A stretch of DNA of 64,000 nucleotides from contig CM059432.1 in the NCBI GenBank assembly GCA_030390025.1, positions 1,612,001 through 1,676,000 on the forward strand. Reading direction: 5' to 3'. Under the pieces are notes generated by a model. That model worked only from the letters and a program-made list of their open reading frames with translations. It ran no database searches and was not told the origin of the DNA. A program made the position numbers and the translations under genes. The first letter of the stretch is position 1, and each line of letters begins with the position of its first letter. Source of the stretch: Squalus acanthias (taxonomy: Eukaryota). Below are positions 1 to 12,391 of this stretch, one piece after another.

Positions 1-395
1 AGAAGAAATTCCTCCTCATCTCTGTTTTAAATGGGCGACCCCTTATTCTGAAACTATGCCCCCGAGTTCTAGATTCCCCCACGGGGGGAAACATCCTCCC
101 TGCATCTAGCCTTTCAAGCCCCCTCAGAATCTTATATGTTTCAATAAGATCACCTCTCATTCTTCTAAACTCCAATGAGTATAGGCCCAACCTGCTCAAC
201 CTTTCCTCATAAGACAACCAGTTCATCTCAGGAATCAACCTTGTGAACCTTCTCTGAACTGCCTCCAATGCAAGTATATCCCTCCTTAAATAAGGAGACC
301 AAAACTGTGCGCAGTACTCCAGGTGTGGTCTCACCAATACCCTGTACAGTTGTAGCAAGACTTCCCTACTTTTCTACTCCATCCTCCTTGTAATA
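1..395 (-). mobile_element. CR1 LINE fragment (ORF2 C-terminal region)
   Basis: Reverse complement matches the other CR1 copies here ([24 protein letters not shown] motifs). Confidence 0.85.
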
Positions 396-421
396 ATGTG
401 ACATTTTTATAAATTGATCTT

Positions 422-1181
422 GGGCCAGAAATTCGGGTCCCCACGGGTGAGTACGCGCGCTGTGTACTCACCCGTAGACCCAACGAAAGTGCCGGTTTTG
501 CGCATGCACTGCGCATGCGCTGGAAACCGGAACTTCCGTTCCCCTGAAGGAAGGGGTTCAGAGGTTGAACGCGTGCGCCGAGAGGCAGCACGCACGCAGC
601 GAACTTCGGTTTTTTTTCAGGTTTCTCTGTGAGGGTAAGTACGGAGAAGCTGCGCAGGAAAAAGGAGGCGCAAGGCCTGCTTTTAACAAGGTAAGTGGTG
701 AATTAAGTACAATTTAAACATTTTTTCAACAGGTTTATCTTTTTTACATACTTTAAAGAAAGGTAAGTTTATTTTTAGCACCGTTAAAAGGTGTAATTAA
801 TTTTTTCAAAAATTTAAATTTTTGTTTAAAGTAGTTAATTTATGTAATTTATAGTTATTTTAAAAATGTGATGTTTTTTTTATTTATTTGAAGTTTTAGT
901 GAGGTTTTGGGGCCGATCTCTATTCATAGATTTGACAGGTCTTCCTGTCAAAATCTGTGAATGGAGATTCCCTGCTCCGATTGGCTCTCCATGGCCCACG
1001 TGATCCCAGCGGACGCTTCGAACTAACTGTGCCCCTGGGATACGCAAGCACTGCACCGGCAGCTGCAGGAGGCCCAGGAGCCGAATTCCACGCGGGCCCG
1101 AAGCACAACGGCAGGCGCGGTAGCTAAGTACGCGCGCGATCCTTGCACCCGCGGGAAGCCGGAGAGACGAATTTCTGACCC
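422..1181. mobile_element. Non-autonomous DNA transposon (PIF/Harbinger-like MITE) in an IMPACT intron
   Basis: TIRs gggccagaaattcg (422-435) and cgaatttctgaccc (1168-1181), 13/14 match. 3-bp direct repeat CTT on both sides (419-421, 1182-1184). No ORF. Confidence 0.7.
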
Positions 1182-1270
1182 CTTGTCTTTCATGAATATT
1201 TCTACCAGCAACAGGGTTATCAATAAAGATTAAAAGACTCTCTTTCTTATGTATTGTTTTGCTTCAACAG

Positions 1271-1405
1271 ATTTTAGACGCACGCAATGTGCTGGTGGTA
1301 GTTTCACGGTGGTATGGGGGTATTCTGCTTGGCCCAGACCGCTTCAAACATATCAATAACTGTGCAAGAAATATACTCGTCGATGAAGGTTACAGCGAAT
1401 TGGCG
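1271..1405 (+). CDS. IMPACT: IMPACT penultimate coding exon (C-terminal UPF0029/ancient domain)
   Basis: Acceptor ttgttttgcttcaacAG at 1269-1270 and donor GTAAGA at 1406. The 135-nt phase-0 exon translates ILDARNVLVVVSRWYGGILLGPDRFKHINNCARNILVDEGYSELA, containing the IMPACT signature VVVSRWYGGILLGPDRFKHINNCARNIL. Confidence 0.95.
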
Positions 1406-1467
1406 GTAAGACCTAACACTTAATACAAAATAGCTCAGAAAGAGGTGGGGACGTGAATGACTGCAGA

Positions 1468-1931
1468 TGATACCAGAACTGAGAGGTTATAACTATCAGG
1501 AAAGACTGAACAGGCTGAGGCTCTTTTCTCTAGAAAAGAGAAGACTGAGCGGTGACCAGATAGAGGTCTTTAAAATTATGAAAGGGGTTCGATAGGGTAG
1601 ACGTAGAGATGTTTCCACTTGTGGGGGACTCGAAAACTAGGGGCCATAAATATAAGACAGTCACCAATAAATCCAATCGGGAATTCAGGAGAAACTTCTT
1701 CCCCCAGAGAGTGGTGAGAATGTGGAACTCGCTACCACAGGGAGTGGTTGAGGCGAATAGTATCGATGCATTTAAGGGGAGGCTAGATAAACACCTGAGG
1801 GAGAAAGGAATAGAAGGATATGCTGATAGGGTGAGATGAAGAGGGGTGGGAGGAGGCTGGTGTGGAACATAAACACTGGCACGGAGCAGTTATGGCGAAT
1901 GGCCTGTTTCAGTGCTGTAGATTTTATGTAA
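1468..1931 (+). mobile_element. CR1 LINE 3' fragment
   Basis: ORF 1609-1839 (RNFFPQRVVRMWNSLP) followed by a CR1-type 3' UTR. Confidence 0.85.
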
Positions 1932-2082
1932 TTAAGCTGCTGGCTTTATGTCTCAACTAATGCAGTTCAGGAAAATACAGTGGGCTATTGGTGAAAGTTT
2001 AAACACTGTAAAAATGATTCAGTGCCGTCTCCCATCTATCCTCGGTGCAGTCTCAGAGTTGCAGTGACTTTAAAACATTTCA

Positions 2083-2290
2083 CAACAGCAACAACTTGTA
2101 TTTACACAGCGCCTTTAACGTAGTAAAACGTCCCAAGGCGCTTCACAGGAGCGATTATCAAACACAATTTGACACCGAGCCCCATAAGATATTAGGACAG
2201 GTGACCAAAAGCTTGGTCAAAGAGGGAGGTTTTAAGGAGCGTCTTAAAGGAGGAGAGAGAGGAGGAGAGGTTTCGGGATGGAATTCCAGA
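2083..2290 (-). mobile_element. L2-clade LINE 3' end
   Basis: Minus strand ends gtgaagcgccttgggacg...aaaggcgct...caagttgttg. Same family as 6229-6365, 30375-30800 and 54197-54618. Confidence 0.7.
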
Positions 2291-3601
2291 GTTTGGTCTC
2301 CCCAATGTAGAGGAGATCACATCGTGAGCAGCGAATACAGTATACTAAATTGCAAGAAGTACAAGTAAATCGCTGTTTCACCTGGAAGGAGTGTTTGGGG
2401 CCCTGGACAGTGGGAAGGGAGGAGGTAAAAGGGCAGGTGTTGCATCTCCTGTGCTGGGGGTGATAGAGGAGTGGACCAGCGTGTTGCGGAGGACGCGGTC
2501 CCTTTGGAATGCTGAAAGGGGAGGGGAAGGTGTGTTTGGTGGTGGGATCACGCTGGAGGTGGCGGAAATGGCGGAGGATGATCCGTTGAATGTGGAGGCT
2601 GGTGGGGTGAAAGGTGAGGACAAGGGGAACTCTACCGTGGTTCCGGGAGGGAGGGGCCGGGGTGAGGGCAGAAGTGCGGGAGATGGAACGGACACGGTCA
2701 AGGGCCGTGTCAACCACGGTAGAGGGGAATCCTCGGTTGAGGAAAAAGGAAGACATATCGGAAACACGAGTATGGAAGATGTCATCGTCAGAACAGATGC
2801 GGCAGAGACGGAGAAACTGGGAGAATGGAATAGAGTCCTTACAGGAGGTGGGGTGGGAGGAAGTGTAGTCCAGGTAGCTTTGGGAGTCAGTGGGCTTATA
2901 GTGAATGTTTGTCAATAGCCTATCCCCAGAGATGGAGACAGAGAAGTCGAGCAGGGAAGAGAAGAGTCGGAGATGGACCATGTGAAGGTGAGGGAAGGGT
3001 GGAAATTGGAAGCAAAGTGAATGAAATGTTCTAGTTCAGGGCGAGAGCAGGAAACTGCACCGATACAGTGATCGATGTACCGGAAAAAGAGGTGAGGGAG
3101 GGGACCCGAGTAGGACTGGAACAAAGAATGTTCCACATATCCCACGAAAAGGCAGGCATAGCTAGGGCCCATGCGGGTTCCCATAGCAACACCTTTAATT
3201 TGGAGGAAGTGAGTGGAGTCAAAGGCGAAGTTGTTCAATGTGAGAACAAGTTCAGCCAGGTGGAGGAGGGTGGAGGTGGATGGGGTCTGGTTGGGCCTCT
3301 GTTCAAGGAAGAAGCGGAGCGCCCTCAGGCCATCCTGGTGGGAAATGGAGGTGTAGAGGGATTGTAGGTCCATAGTGAAAAGGAGACGGTTGGGGCCAGG
3401 AAACTGGAAACTGTTAAAGTGGCGGAGGGCATCGGAAGAGTCGCGGATGTAGGTGGGAAGAGACTGGACAAGGGGAGAAAAAACAGAGCCGAGATAGGAA
3501 GAAATCAGTTCCGTGGGGCAAGAACAGGCTGAAAGGATGGGTCTACCAGGGCAGCCCTGTTTGTGGATCTTGGGAAAGAGGTAGAAGCGGGCTGTGCGGG
3601 G
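2291..3601 (-). mobile_element. Penelope-like element fragment (RT plus GIY-YIG endonuclease), frameshifted
   Basis: ORFs 2912-3745 and 2244-2981 carry the PLE RT motifs FYLFPKIHK..GRPI, GVAMGTRMGPSYA and FRYID, and the GIY-YIG motif NLVYCIRC..CDLLYIGET. Confidence 0.9.
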
Positions 3602-4093
3602 TCTGTACCCTCTCGTTATCGACTCTTCAACCATTGGAAACAATTTTTCTTTATTTACTCTACCTAAATCCTTCATGATTTTAAACACCTCTATCAAATC
3701 TCCTCTTAGCCTTCTCTGCTCCAAGGAGAACAACCCCAGTTGCAATTGAAATTAAATTATAAACGTTGACATCAATTACCCTTAGCTCTTTTAAATTACC
3801 TACTGTATCACAAAGGCCTTGTGGGTTATTATTGTTTCATAACATCGTGAATTCTAATTTCTTTATGATATATGTATTGTGCATGGCTGTTCCTTCTATA
3901 GTTAATTTAGTAAGGGACGTGAAGTAGGCACTGTATTTGTACAATTTTTTATTTATTTATAATGTATGCTTGGATAATTGTATGTCAGTGATATCTCAGT
4001 CAGGTAGCACAGCCCTTCAATATCAATAAGAGTCGAGTCACCTATAGGTATCCTCTGACCTTTTCTCGATTGCTCAGTTAAACAACAGGTTTG

Positions 4094-4842
4094 GAATGTT
4101 GGCTTTTATTGCTAGGGGAATAGATTATAAAAACAGGGAGGTATTGCTGCAGTTATATAAGGTATTGGTGAGACCTGCACCTGGAATACTGCATACAGTT
4201 TTGGTGTCCATACTTAAGAAAAGACATACTTGCTCTCGAGGCAGTACAAAGAAGGTTCACTCGGTTAATCCCGGGGATGAGGGGGTGGACATATGAGAGA
4301 GGTTGAGTAGATTGGGACTCTACTCATTGGAGTTCAGAAGAATGAGAGGCGATCTTATTGAAACATATAAGATTGTGAAGAGGCTTGATCGGGTGGATGC
4401 GGTAAGGATGTTCCCAAGGATGGGTGAAACTAGAACTAGGGGGCATAACCTTAGAATAAGGGGCTGCTCTTTCAAAACTGAGATGAGGAGAAACTTCTTC
4501 ACTCAGAGGGTAGTAGGTCTGTGGAATTTGCTGCCCCAGGAAGCTGTGGAAGCTACATCATTAAATAAATTTAAAACAGAAATAGACAGTTTCCTAGAAG
4601 TAAAGGGAATTAGGGGTTACGGGGAGCGGGCAGGAAATTGGACATGAGGCTGAGTTCGGATCGGTCGAGGCCCTGTGGGTGGCGGAGCGGGCCCAGGGGC
4701 TGAGTGGCCGGGTCCTGCTCCTACTTCTTGTGTTCTTTAGATTTGAGGTTAGGATCAGATCAGCCATGATCTTATTGAATGGCGGAGCAGGCTCGAGGGG
4801 CCGATTGGCCTACTCCTGCTCCTATTTCTTATGTTCTTATGT
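4094..4842 (+). mobile_element. CR1 LINE 3' fragment with doubled 3' tail
   Basis: ORFs 4096-4296 and 4303-4647. Ends in a (TTCTTATG)n tail. Confidence 0.9.
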
Positions 4843-5057
4843 TTGCTGCACGTAGGAACAGGAGGAGTCCATTCAGCTCCTCGACCCTGTTCCGCCATTC
4901 AATTAGATCATGGCTGATCTGCATCTTTACTCCACCTATACCCGCCTTGGTTCCGTAACCCTCAATACCCTTACCCAACAAAACAGGAGGTGGCCATTCA
5001 GCCTAACTTAGTGTCACCAACTGCCTGTTTCAGTCGTCTTATTTTTTTTAATTTTAG

Positions 5058-5117
5058 GATGAGGGATCAAAGACGTCAACAAAGAGCAAGAGGCCAAGGA
5101 GCAAGAAAGGAAAATGA
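5058..5117 (+). CDS. IMPACT: IMPACT last coding exon (short basic tail plus stop)
   Basis: Acceptor tttttttaattttAG at 5056-5057. Phase 0, DEGSKTSTKSKRPRSKKGK then TGA, resembling the Lys/Arg-rich IMPACT C-terminus. AATAAA at 5256-5261 is a candidate polyA signal. Confidence 0.8.
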   Translation, partial: DEGSKTSTKSKRPRSKKGK

Positions 5118-5749
5118 CTAGAGGAAGCGTCACAAGATTATTTTATCATTAATGAGCGTACGTGAGATCGGCCGATACTCTATATATTTTTTTTTTAATA
5201 TGCGGATCAGTCCCCTTCATTTCACAACTGAAAATCGAACAAGGTGCAGTAACAAAATAAACATCGCTGAATCCACTCGATTCCACCGTTCTTTCATATT
5301 TCACCAAAGCAGCTCTGCCTCCTCGGCGCCCGACAGTCATGTGGTTGCCACTGCCTCCACGGTCCCTCGGGATAATTCAAAAGCCAAGACATTTATTTGC
5401 TTCAAGTTTCCCTGGAGTCCGGGACAAAACACTGAAGTCTTGAGTTAAAAGGCTGTTTGCCTGTGAGCATCAATGTTTAAAGGATGCGGTTGAAATTCAT
5501 TGCATGTGTAATACTCGAATACATGCAGATTAGTATTTGGAGATGGCTGGCGAATGTCGAGCTGTATGTAGACTCTGCACAAAGAAGCAAGACGATATTC
5601 ACTCAAAACAGTCGTAAAAGGAATCAAGCTCCCTCGCACGAGCAGCGCAGATCTCGGAGGAAGTGGTCGGGTTTCTACAGCAATGCACAACCTGCACATG
5701 CAGCCCTGAGCTCTGGTAATCTGGCCCTTGAAGCCCAGGATACTCAGTT

Positions 5750-6228
5750 ATAGAATCATAGCAGCACAGAAGGAGGCCATTCGGCCCATTGTGCCTGTGC
5801 CGGCTCTTTGAACGAGCTCTCCAATTAGTCCCACTCCACCCTGCTCTTTCCCCACAGCCCTGCGAATTTTTCCTTTTCAAGTATTTATCCAATTCCCTTT
5901 TGAATGTTACTATAGAATCTGCTTCCACCGCCCTTTCAGGCAGCGCATTCCAGATCACAACAACTCGCTGTGTAAAAAAATTCTCATCTCAATTACCTTA
6001 AATCTGTGTCCTCTGGTTACCGACCCTCCTGCCAGTGGAAACAGTTTCTCCTTATTTACTCTATCAAAACCCCTCATAATTTTGAACACCTCTATTAAAT
6101 CTCCCCTTTAACCCTCTCTGCTCTAAGGAGAACAACCCCAGCTTCTCCAGTCTCTCCACACAACTGAAGTCCCTCATCCCTGATACCATTCTAGTAAGTC
6201 TCCTCGGCACCCTCTCCAAGGCCTTGAC
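5750..6228 (-). mobile_element. CR1 LINE 3' fragment
   Basis: LEKLGLFSLEQR and WNALPERAVEADS motifs. Tail at about 5750. Confidence 0.85.
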
Positions 6229-6429
6229 ACGAGCATCATCAAACAAAATGTGTCACATAAGGTGACATCAGGACAGGCGACCAGAAGCTTGGTGAAAGAG
6301 GGAGGTTTTAAGGAGCGTCTTAAAGGAGCAGAGAGAGGTGGAGAGGGAATTCCAGAGATTAAGGCCAGATATTCGGTCGTTTTCCATATAGTTTGGCTGC
6401 TACAGCCATTTATTCTCAGCTGGTGAATA

Positions 6430-6571
6430 TGCTTGGCCTGATCGCTTCCAATATATCGATAATTGCACAAGAAATATACTCGTCAATGAAGTTTACAGCG
6501 AATTGGCGGTAAGACTTAACACTTAATATAAAATAGCTCAGAATGTAGTGGTGATGTGAATAACTACAGAT
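6430..6571 (+). pseudogene. Degenerate partial duplicate of the IMPACT penultimate exon plus downstream intron start
   Basis: Aligns by eye to 1326-1468 with about 20 differences in 143 nt, including a 1-nt deletion. Keeps the GTAAGA donor at 6509. Confidence 0.85.
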
Positions 6572-6858
6572 AAGAACATAAGAATTAGGAGCAGGAGTCG
6601 GCCATACGGCCCCTCGAGCCTGCTCCGCAATAAGATCATGGCTGATCTAAGATCTGAACTCCACTTTCCCGCCCGATCTCCATATCCCTCGATTCCCTTA
6701 ATATCCAAAAATCTATCGATCGCAGCCTTGAATATACTCAACGACTGAGCATCCACAGCCCCTCTGGGGCAGAGAATTCCAAAGATCCACCACCCTCTGA
6801 GTGAAGAAATTCCTCCTCATCTCAGTCTTAAATGGCTGACCCCTTATCCTGAGACTAT
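6571..6858 (-). mobile_element. CR1 LINE 3' fragment
   Basis: (CATAAGAA)n tail on the + strand. RRNFFTQRVVDLWNSLPQ motif. Confidence 0.85.
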
Positions 6859-6959
6859 CAAAATGTACTATCTCATACTTATCTATATTCAAGTTAATTT
6901 GCCAAATACACACCCATTCTGCAAGTTTATTAAGGGTAGGGAAAGGGAAAAAGGGAATG

Positions 6960-7872
6960 GAGTTTTTACAGTGTGTTCAGGACTGCTTTCTTATCCAGTA
7001 TGTAAGAAGCCCAACAAGAGAGGAATCGCTGCTGGACCTAGTAATGGGAAATTAACCGGGGTAGGTAAGAGAAATAAGCATAGGGAACATCTGGGCAATA
7101 GCGATCACAACATAAAATAAGGCTTAAAATAATGATTGAGAAGGACAGAAGGCAAAGATCAAAGTAATGGATTGGGAAAAAGATAATTTTGAGGGGATGA
7201 GAATGGAACTAGGGAATATAAACTGGAAAAAATGTTGACAGGCAAAGAGATAGAGCAGCAGTGGGAAATATTTAAAAAGGTGATCAATAGAGTCCAAGAG
7301 AAAAATATTCCGCTAAAAACAGGAACAAACTGGCCAGTATTGAAACACCATGGATGAATAAAGAGATCAGGGTAAAATTTAAACTCAAGAAAAAGGCATG
7401 CACTAAGTACATAGACAATAAAGGAGAGGGTGACAAAAGAGAATGCAAAGAGGTTCATAAAGAAGTAAAAAAAAAATTAGGAAAGCAAAGAGGAACTTCA
7501 AAACTAAATGATCAAGGAATGTAAAAAGAAATAGTAAAGTATTCTACAGCCACATGAATAACAAATGAAAAATCTAGATAGGGATTGGGCCACGAAGGGA
7601 TGCACAAGATAAACTCACAGCTAATGACAGCGAAATGGCAGAAATATTGAATAGTTACTTTGCCTCGGTATTTACCGGGGAGACTTACAAGGACATGACA
7701 ATGGAAAAAGAGATCAAAAAAAGATATAACAACTTTTAAGGTAGAAAGGGGGAGGGGCGGGGGGAGATAATTGATAGATTAATCAAATTTAGAGAGGATA
7801 AAACCCCATGTCCGGATAAATTGCATCCTGGCATATTAAAAGATGTTAGGGAAGAGTTAGCAGAGGCACTAT

Positions 7873-7903
<31 letters not shown>

Positions 7904-8490
7904 TTAGAAAGTGGAAAAGGGCCAGAGGACTGTGTATAAAAAGGAAGATAGAACAAGTCCAGGGAACTATAGACCAGTTAGCTTAATGTCGGTGAAAGAC
8001 AGACTTGCATTTCTACAGCGCCTTTCACGGCCACCGGACATCCCAAGGTGCTTTACAGCCAATGAAGTACTTTATTGAAGTGAAGTCACTGTTGCAATGT
8101 AGGAAACGCGGCAGCCAATTTTCACACAGCAAGCTCCCACACACAGCAATGTGATAATGACCAGATAATCTGTTTTTTAGTGATGTTGATTGAGGGATAA
8201 ATATTGGCTAGGACACTACCGGTGGTGGGAAAGGTAATGGAATCTTGACTCAAAGATATAATAGAAAAATATCTAGAAACCAAAAGTATAATAAAGAATA
8301 GTTAGCACGGATTTCAAAAGGGAAGATCATACTTGACCAGACTTATTGAATTCTTTGAAGCAGAAAAAGAAAAAGTAGACCAGGGTAATATATTTGAATT
8401 TTCAAAAGGACTTCAATAAGATACCATATAGTAGACTCATGACTATGGTCAGAGCATATGGAATCAGGGAACAAAGAGCAGAATGGATAG
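6960..8490 (+). mobile_element. Old degenerate CR1 ORF2 fragment interrupted by a Deu-SINE piece (about 7997-8215, minus)
   Basis: Degenerate equivalents of KSPGPD.LHP, NYRPVSL and QHGF.KG.S.LT.LIEFFE, with stops and frameshifts. Confidence 0.65.
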
Positions 8491-8760
8491 CACCTCCCAA
8501 ACCCACGACCTCTACCACCTAGAAGGACAAGGGCAGCAGGCGCAGGGGAACACCACCCCCTCCAAGTTCCCCTCCAAGTCACACACCACCCTGACTTGGA
8601 AATATATCGCCGTTCCTTCATCGTCGTTGGGTCAATATCCTGGAACTCCCTAACAGCACTGTGGGAGCACCTTCACCACACGGACTGTAGCGGTTCCAGA
8701 AGGTGGCTCACCACCACCTTCTCAAGGGCGATTAGGGATGGGCAATAAATACTAGCCTTG
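8490..8760 (+). mobile_element. CR1-Zenon-like LINE 3' end
   Basis: Near-identical to the 3' part of 62460-63160 (…agggatgggcaataaat…). Confidence 0.7.
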
Positions 8761-8947
8761 TCTTCATCCTGAAAATCTTGTAGTGTTGTTGATTTAAACA
8801 AATTGCTTTTCTCTTGTGAATGTCTCTTTCTGCTGACAGTTGCAACTGGGACCCTTCACCTGACCAGATACAATTGACAGAAATTCTTTGTCTTCTTTAG
8901 GAAGCAAAAGAAAATGGGAGTAAATAAAGTAACAAATTAAGAAGCGT

Positions 8948-10128
8948 GGCCTGGAGTTTCCGCTCGGTTGTGCTGGTTCTTTACGGCGCAATTCGGCTAA
9001 ATCGGCGCAGAAGATCGCGGAATTTCAGGCGCAAATTACGTGCAGAGCGAGTCGAGTTTCCGCGGTCTGTTGTGCTGGTTTAAAAAACAACATTCTAGAA
9101 GCTGGCCCCGCCCCCAAAACTGGCCACGCCCCCAGATCGAAATAATCACCATGGCGAGTTTTTGTTAATTGTGCCCTTACGTTAGCGGGCCTTCCAGGAG
9201 GCTCTTAAATTAAGCTTTTTTTTGGGGGGGGGGGTGGGGGGTGCGCAGAAGGACACCAATAGGCAAGCTTTAAAAGCTTTTGAATGTAATTTTTTTTAAA
9301 TTTACTTTGAAACTGACTACTGTGTGTACCCCAATATAACTAGAGTCATAACGGCACAGAAGGAGGCCATTCGACCCATCGAGTCCGTGCCGGCTCTCTG
9401 TAGAGCAATCCAGTCAGTCCCATTCCCCCGCTCTATCCCCGTAGCCCGGCAAGTTTATTTCCCTCAAGTGCCTATCCAGTCTCCCATTGAAAACATTGAG
9501 TGTCTCCGCTTCCACCACTTCCCTCAGCAGCGAGTTCCAAGTCCTCACCACTCGCTGCGTAAAAATGTTTTCCCTCACATCCCTCACATCCCCCCTGTAT
9601 CTCTTGCCCAAAACCTTAAATCTGTGTCCCCTAGTCCTTGTACCATTAACTAGTGGGAACAGCCTTTCCCCGTCTAGCCTATCCAAACCCGCCATAATCT
9701 TGTACACCTCTATCAAATCACCCCTCAACCCCCCTTGCTCTAACTAGTAAGTGGTTCTGTATTGGATTTTAACATAATTTTCAGTTATTCAGAATCGGGT
9801 TACTCACAGCTGGTGGACTAGACGGTGATTAACAGTTGCTTATTTTTGGTGATAGACCCATTTTCGGCTGTATTAGTCAAACTGCGCTGGGTGACCGCTC
9901 TTAAATGAATCAAGGAATATTTTATAAAGCAAAAATGATAAAACAAATGACCTTCTAAAACGCTGCCCAATTTTGCTGGTTCCAGGCAGATTTTGCGTTC
10001 GGCGATATGCAAATGAGTTTGAGCGGAACCTGAGGGGGGGAGGGGGAACCCTGCTCAAAACGAGCGCAAATTTGGCCGCAATTTGCGCTCGGATTGTCAA
10101 TTGCGGCCAAAGCGGAAACTCTGCCCCC
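8948..10128. mobile_element. PIF/Harbinger-like MITE (family B) containing a nested CR1 fragment (9340-9745, minus)
   Basis: Imperfect TIRs ggcctggagtttccgc and gcggaaactctgcccc. The body is homologous to the split copy at 24810-28334. Confidence 0.65.
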
Positions 10129-10272
10129 ATGTATTTCTTAGCCATATTTTTACTCTGAACTATGTTCACATTCTAAATAAAACCGATAAAAATTGACGTC
10201 CTCACTCTCTCCTAGACCTGTTCAATTCATTCCATACATTACTAACATGCAGGCAAATGGACTCGTAATATT

Positions 10273-11036
10273 GGGCTAGATTTTGCTGGAATGGGTCATC
10301 TCGCGACGCGTCCCGTTAGTTAGACTTTTTCCCTCACCCTTCAGCTCAACATGTTTTGCGCCGTAACTCGCTGGGAGGTGCGAGCCGGTAACGGTGCGGC
10401 GAGGGCAATGGGGCATCTGGGACCTTGGTGAACGACGGGACCAACGGTCTGTCTCCCGAACAGATTGAGATTGAAGGATTGAGAAAGAAACAGAGAAACG
10501 ACGGGGAAGGAAATCGGGTGAATTAGAGTCGAATCAGGTACAGAAAGAGAAATAAAGAGAGGAAAAGAAAGACTGGATTAAGAGAGGGAAAAAAGAGACA
10601 GAAAAGAAAAGTAAGAAAAAAAATAAAAATTTTAAATAGAATTTTTTTTAAATCTCAAACAACAATTTACTACCTGCAGGAATGAGAGTCAACAGTTTCA
10701 GTTTTTCCCTTTCTGGGCTGGAGAGATTGATTGGCATTGCATTAACAATTAACAAGTTGTTAAAAGGGTCCTTACTCTCTTAAAAACCAGTCCTAACTTT
10801 CTGCGGCGAGTTTAATGGACAACTAATGTGCAAACCCAGCAAGTTCTTAGAAGTAGAGGGGAGGCTAAGAGTGAGACGCAAAGCAAACGGCGGAGCGACG
10901 TAAATCGACCAGCAAGTTCTGGAGATTCGCAACTCACGGCGAAGCTCTTAATCCCCTGAACCTGCTGGCGGATTTGTGCATTAACAACGGCATGTGTCGT
11001 TAACACGCCGTTACTTTTTCCAGCAAGATTTGGCCC
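10273..11036. mobile_element. PIF/Harbinger-like MITE
   Basis: TIRs gggctagattttgctgga and tccagcaagatttggccc (15/18 match). Flanks ATT and AGT look like a degenerate 3-bp TSD. Confidence 0.6.
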
Positions 11037-12391
11037 AGTGTAATTATTTGCGCAAATAAATCTACCAGACGATTACCATGATATTTGTGAGGATTTTATA
11101 GTCTGCAGCTTCACAATTAGTTTTCCAGTGGTTAAGGAATATGTTACGGCTTTGATGTTGGAAGACAAAACCCTCGTGAGACAAGAGATCTGCACTCAGA
11201 TGAAATAATGAAGCGTAGACAATAGTTTTATTATTTCAGCAAAGTCCTGACAATATATGTACAAATTCCCACTGTGTTCAATTATACAGAATAATAATGC
11301 AACTCATTTTGAGCGTTACTTTCTGAAGACAAATCAATGCAACTCCATCGACAAATGTGATGCATTTGGAATGGCAGAGGTTTGGGGTATTTCAGATAGA
11401 AAGTTATTGCTGTCAATTCTTTTCAGTAACAGAGCTCCAAAGAAAACTTCATTATGTAGGTTGAGAAAATGTTATAGATTCCCCTGCGTAGCTTAAGCCT
11501 CGTATCTGCTGGGGCTGCGTCACAGAGGAAGGAAAAATAATTACAAACCGACAGCACAAATTTCAGAGAGGAAGATTGCTCGACACACCTGAGAGTTCTT
11601 TCATAGAAAGAATCATAGAAGTTTACGGCACAGAAGGAGGCCATTCGGCCCATTGTGTCTGTGCCGGCCGACAAAGAGCTCTCCAGCCTAATCCCACTGT
11701 CCAGCTCTTGGGTCCGTAGCCCTGTAGGTTACGGCACTTCAAGTGCATATCCAAGTATTTTTTAAATGTGATGAGGGTTTCTGCCTCTACCACCCTTTCA
11801 GGCAGCGAGTTCCAGACCCCCACCACCCTCTGGGTGAAAACATTTCTCAACTCCCCTCTAATCCTTCTACCAATTACTTTAAATCTATGCCCCTGGTTAT
11901 TTAATTCTCTGCTAAGGGAAATAGGTTCTTCCTATCCACTCTTTCTAGGCCCCTCATAATTTTATACACCTCAATCAAGTCTCCCCTCAGCCTCCTCTGT
12001 TCCAGAGGAAACAACCCCAGCCTCTCCAATCTTTCCCCATAGCTAAAATTCTCCAGTCCAGGCAACATCCTCGTAAATCTCCTCTGTACCCTCTCTAGTG
12101 CAATCACATCTTTCCTGTAATGTGGTGACTAGAACTGTACGCAGTGCTCTAGCTGTGGCCTAACTAGTGTTTTATACAGTTCAAGCATAACCTCCCTGCT
12201 CTTATATTCTATGCCTTGGCTAATAAAGGCAAGCATTCCGTATGTCTTCTTAACCACCTTATCTACCTGTCCTGCTACCTTTAAGGATCTGTGGACATGC
12301 ACTCCAAGGTCCCTCTGTTCCTCTACGCTACTCAGTATCCTACCATTTATTGTGTATTCCCTTGCCTTGTTAGCCCTCCCCAAATGCATTA

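Noticed and set aside
5152..5753. Short ORFs downstream of the IMPACT stop codon
   Set aside because: No recognisable domains. Probably 3' UTR or flanking sequence.
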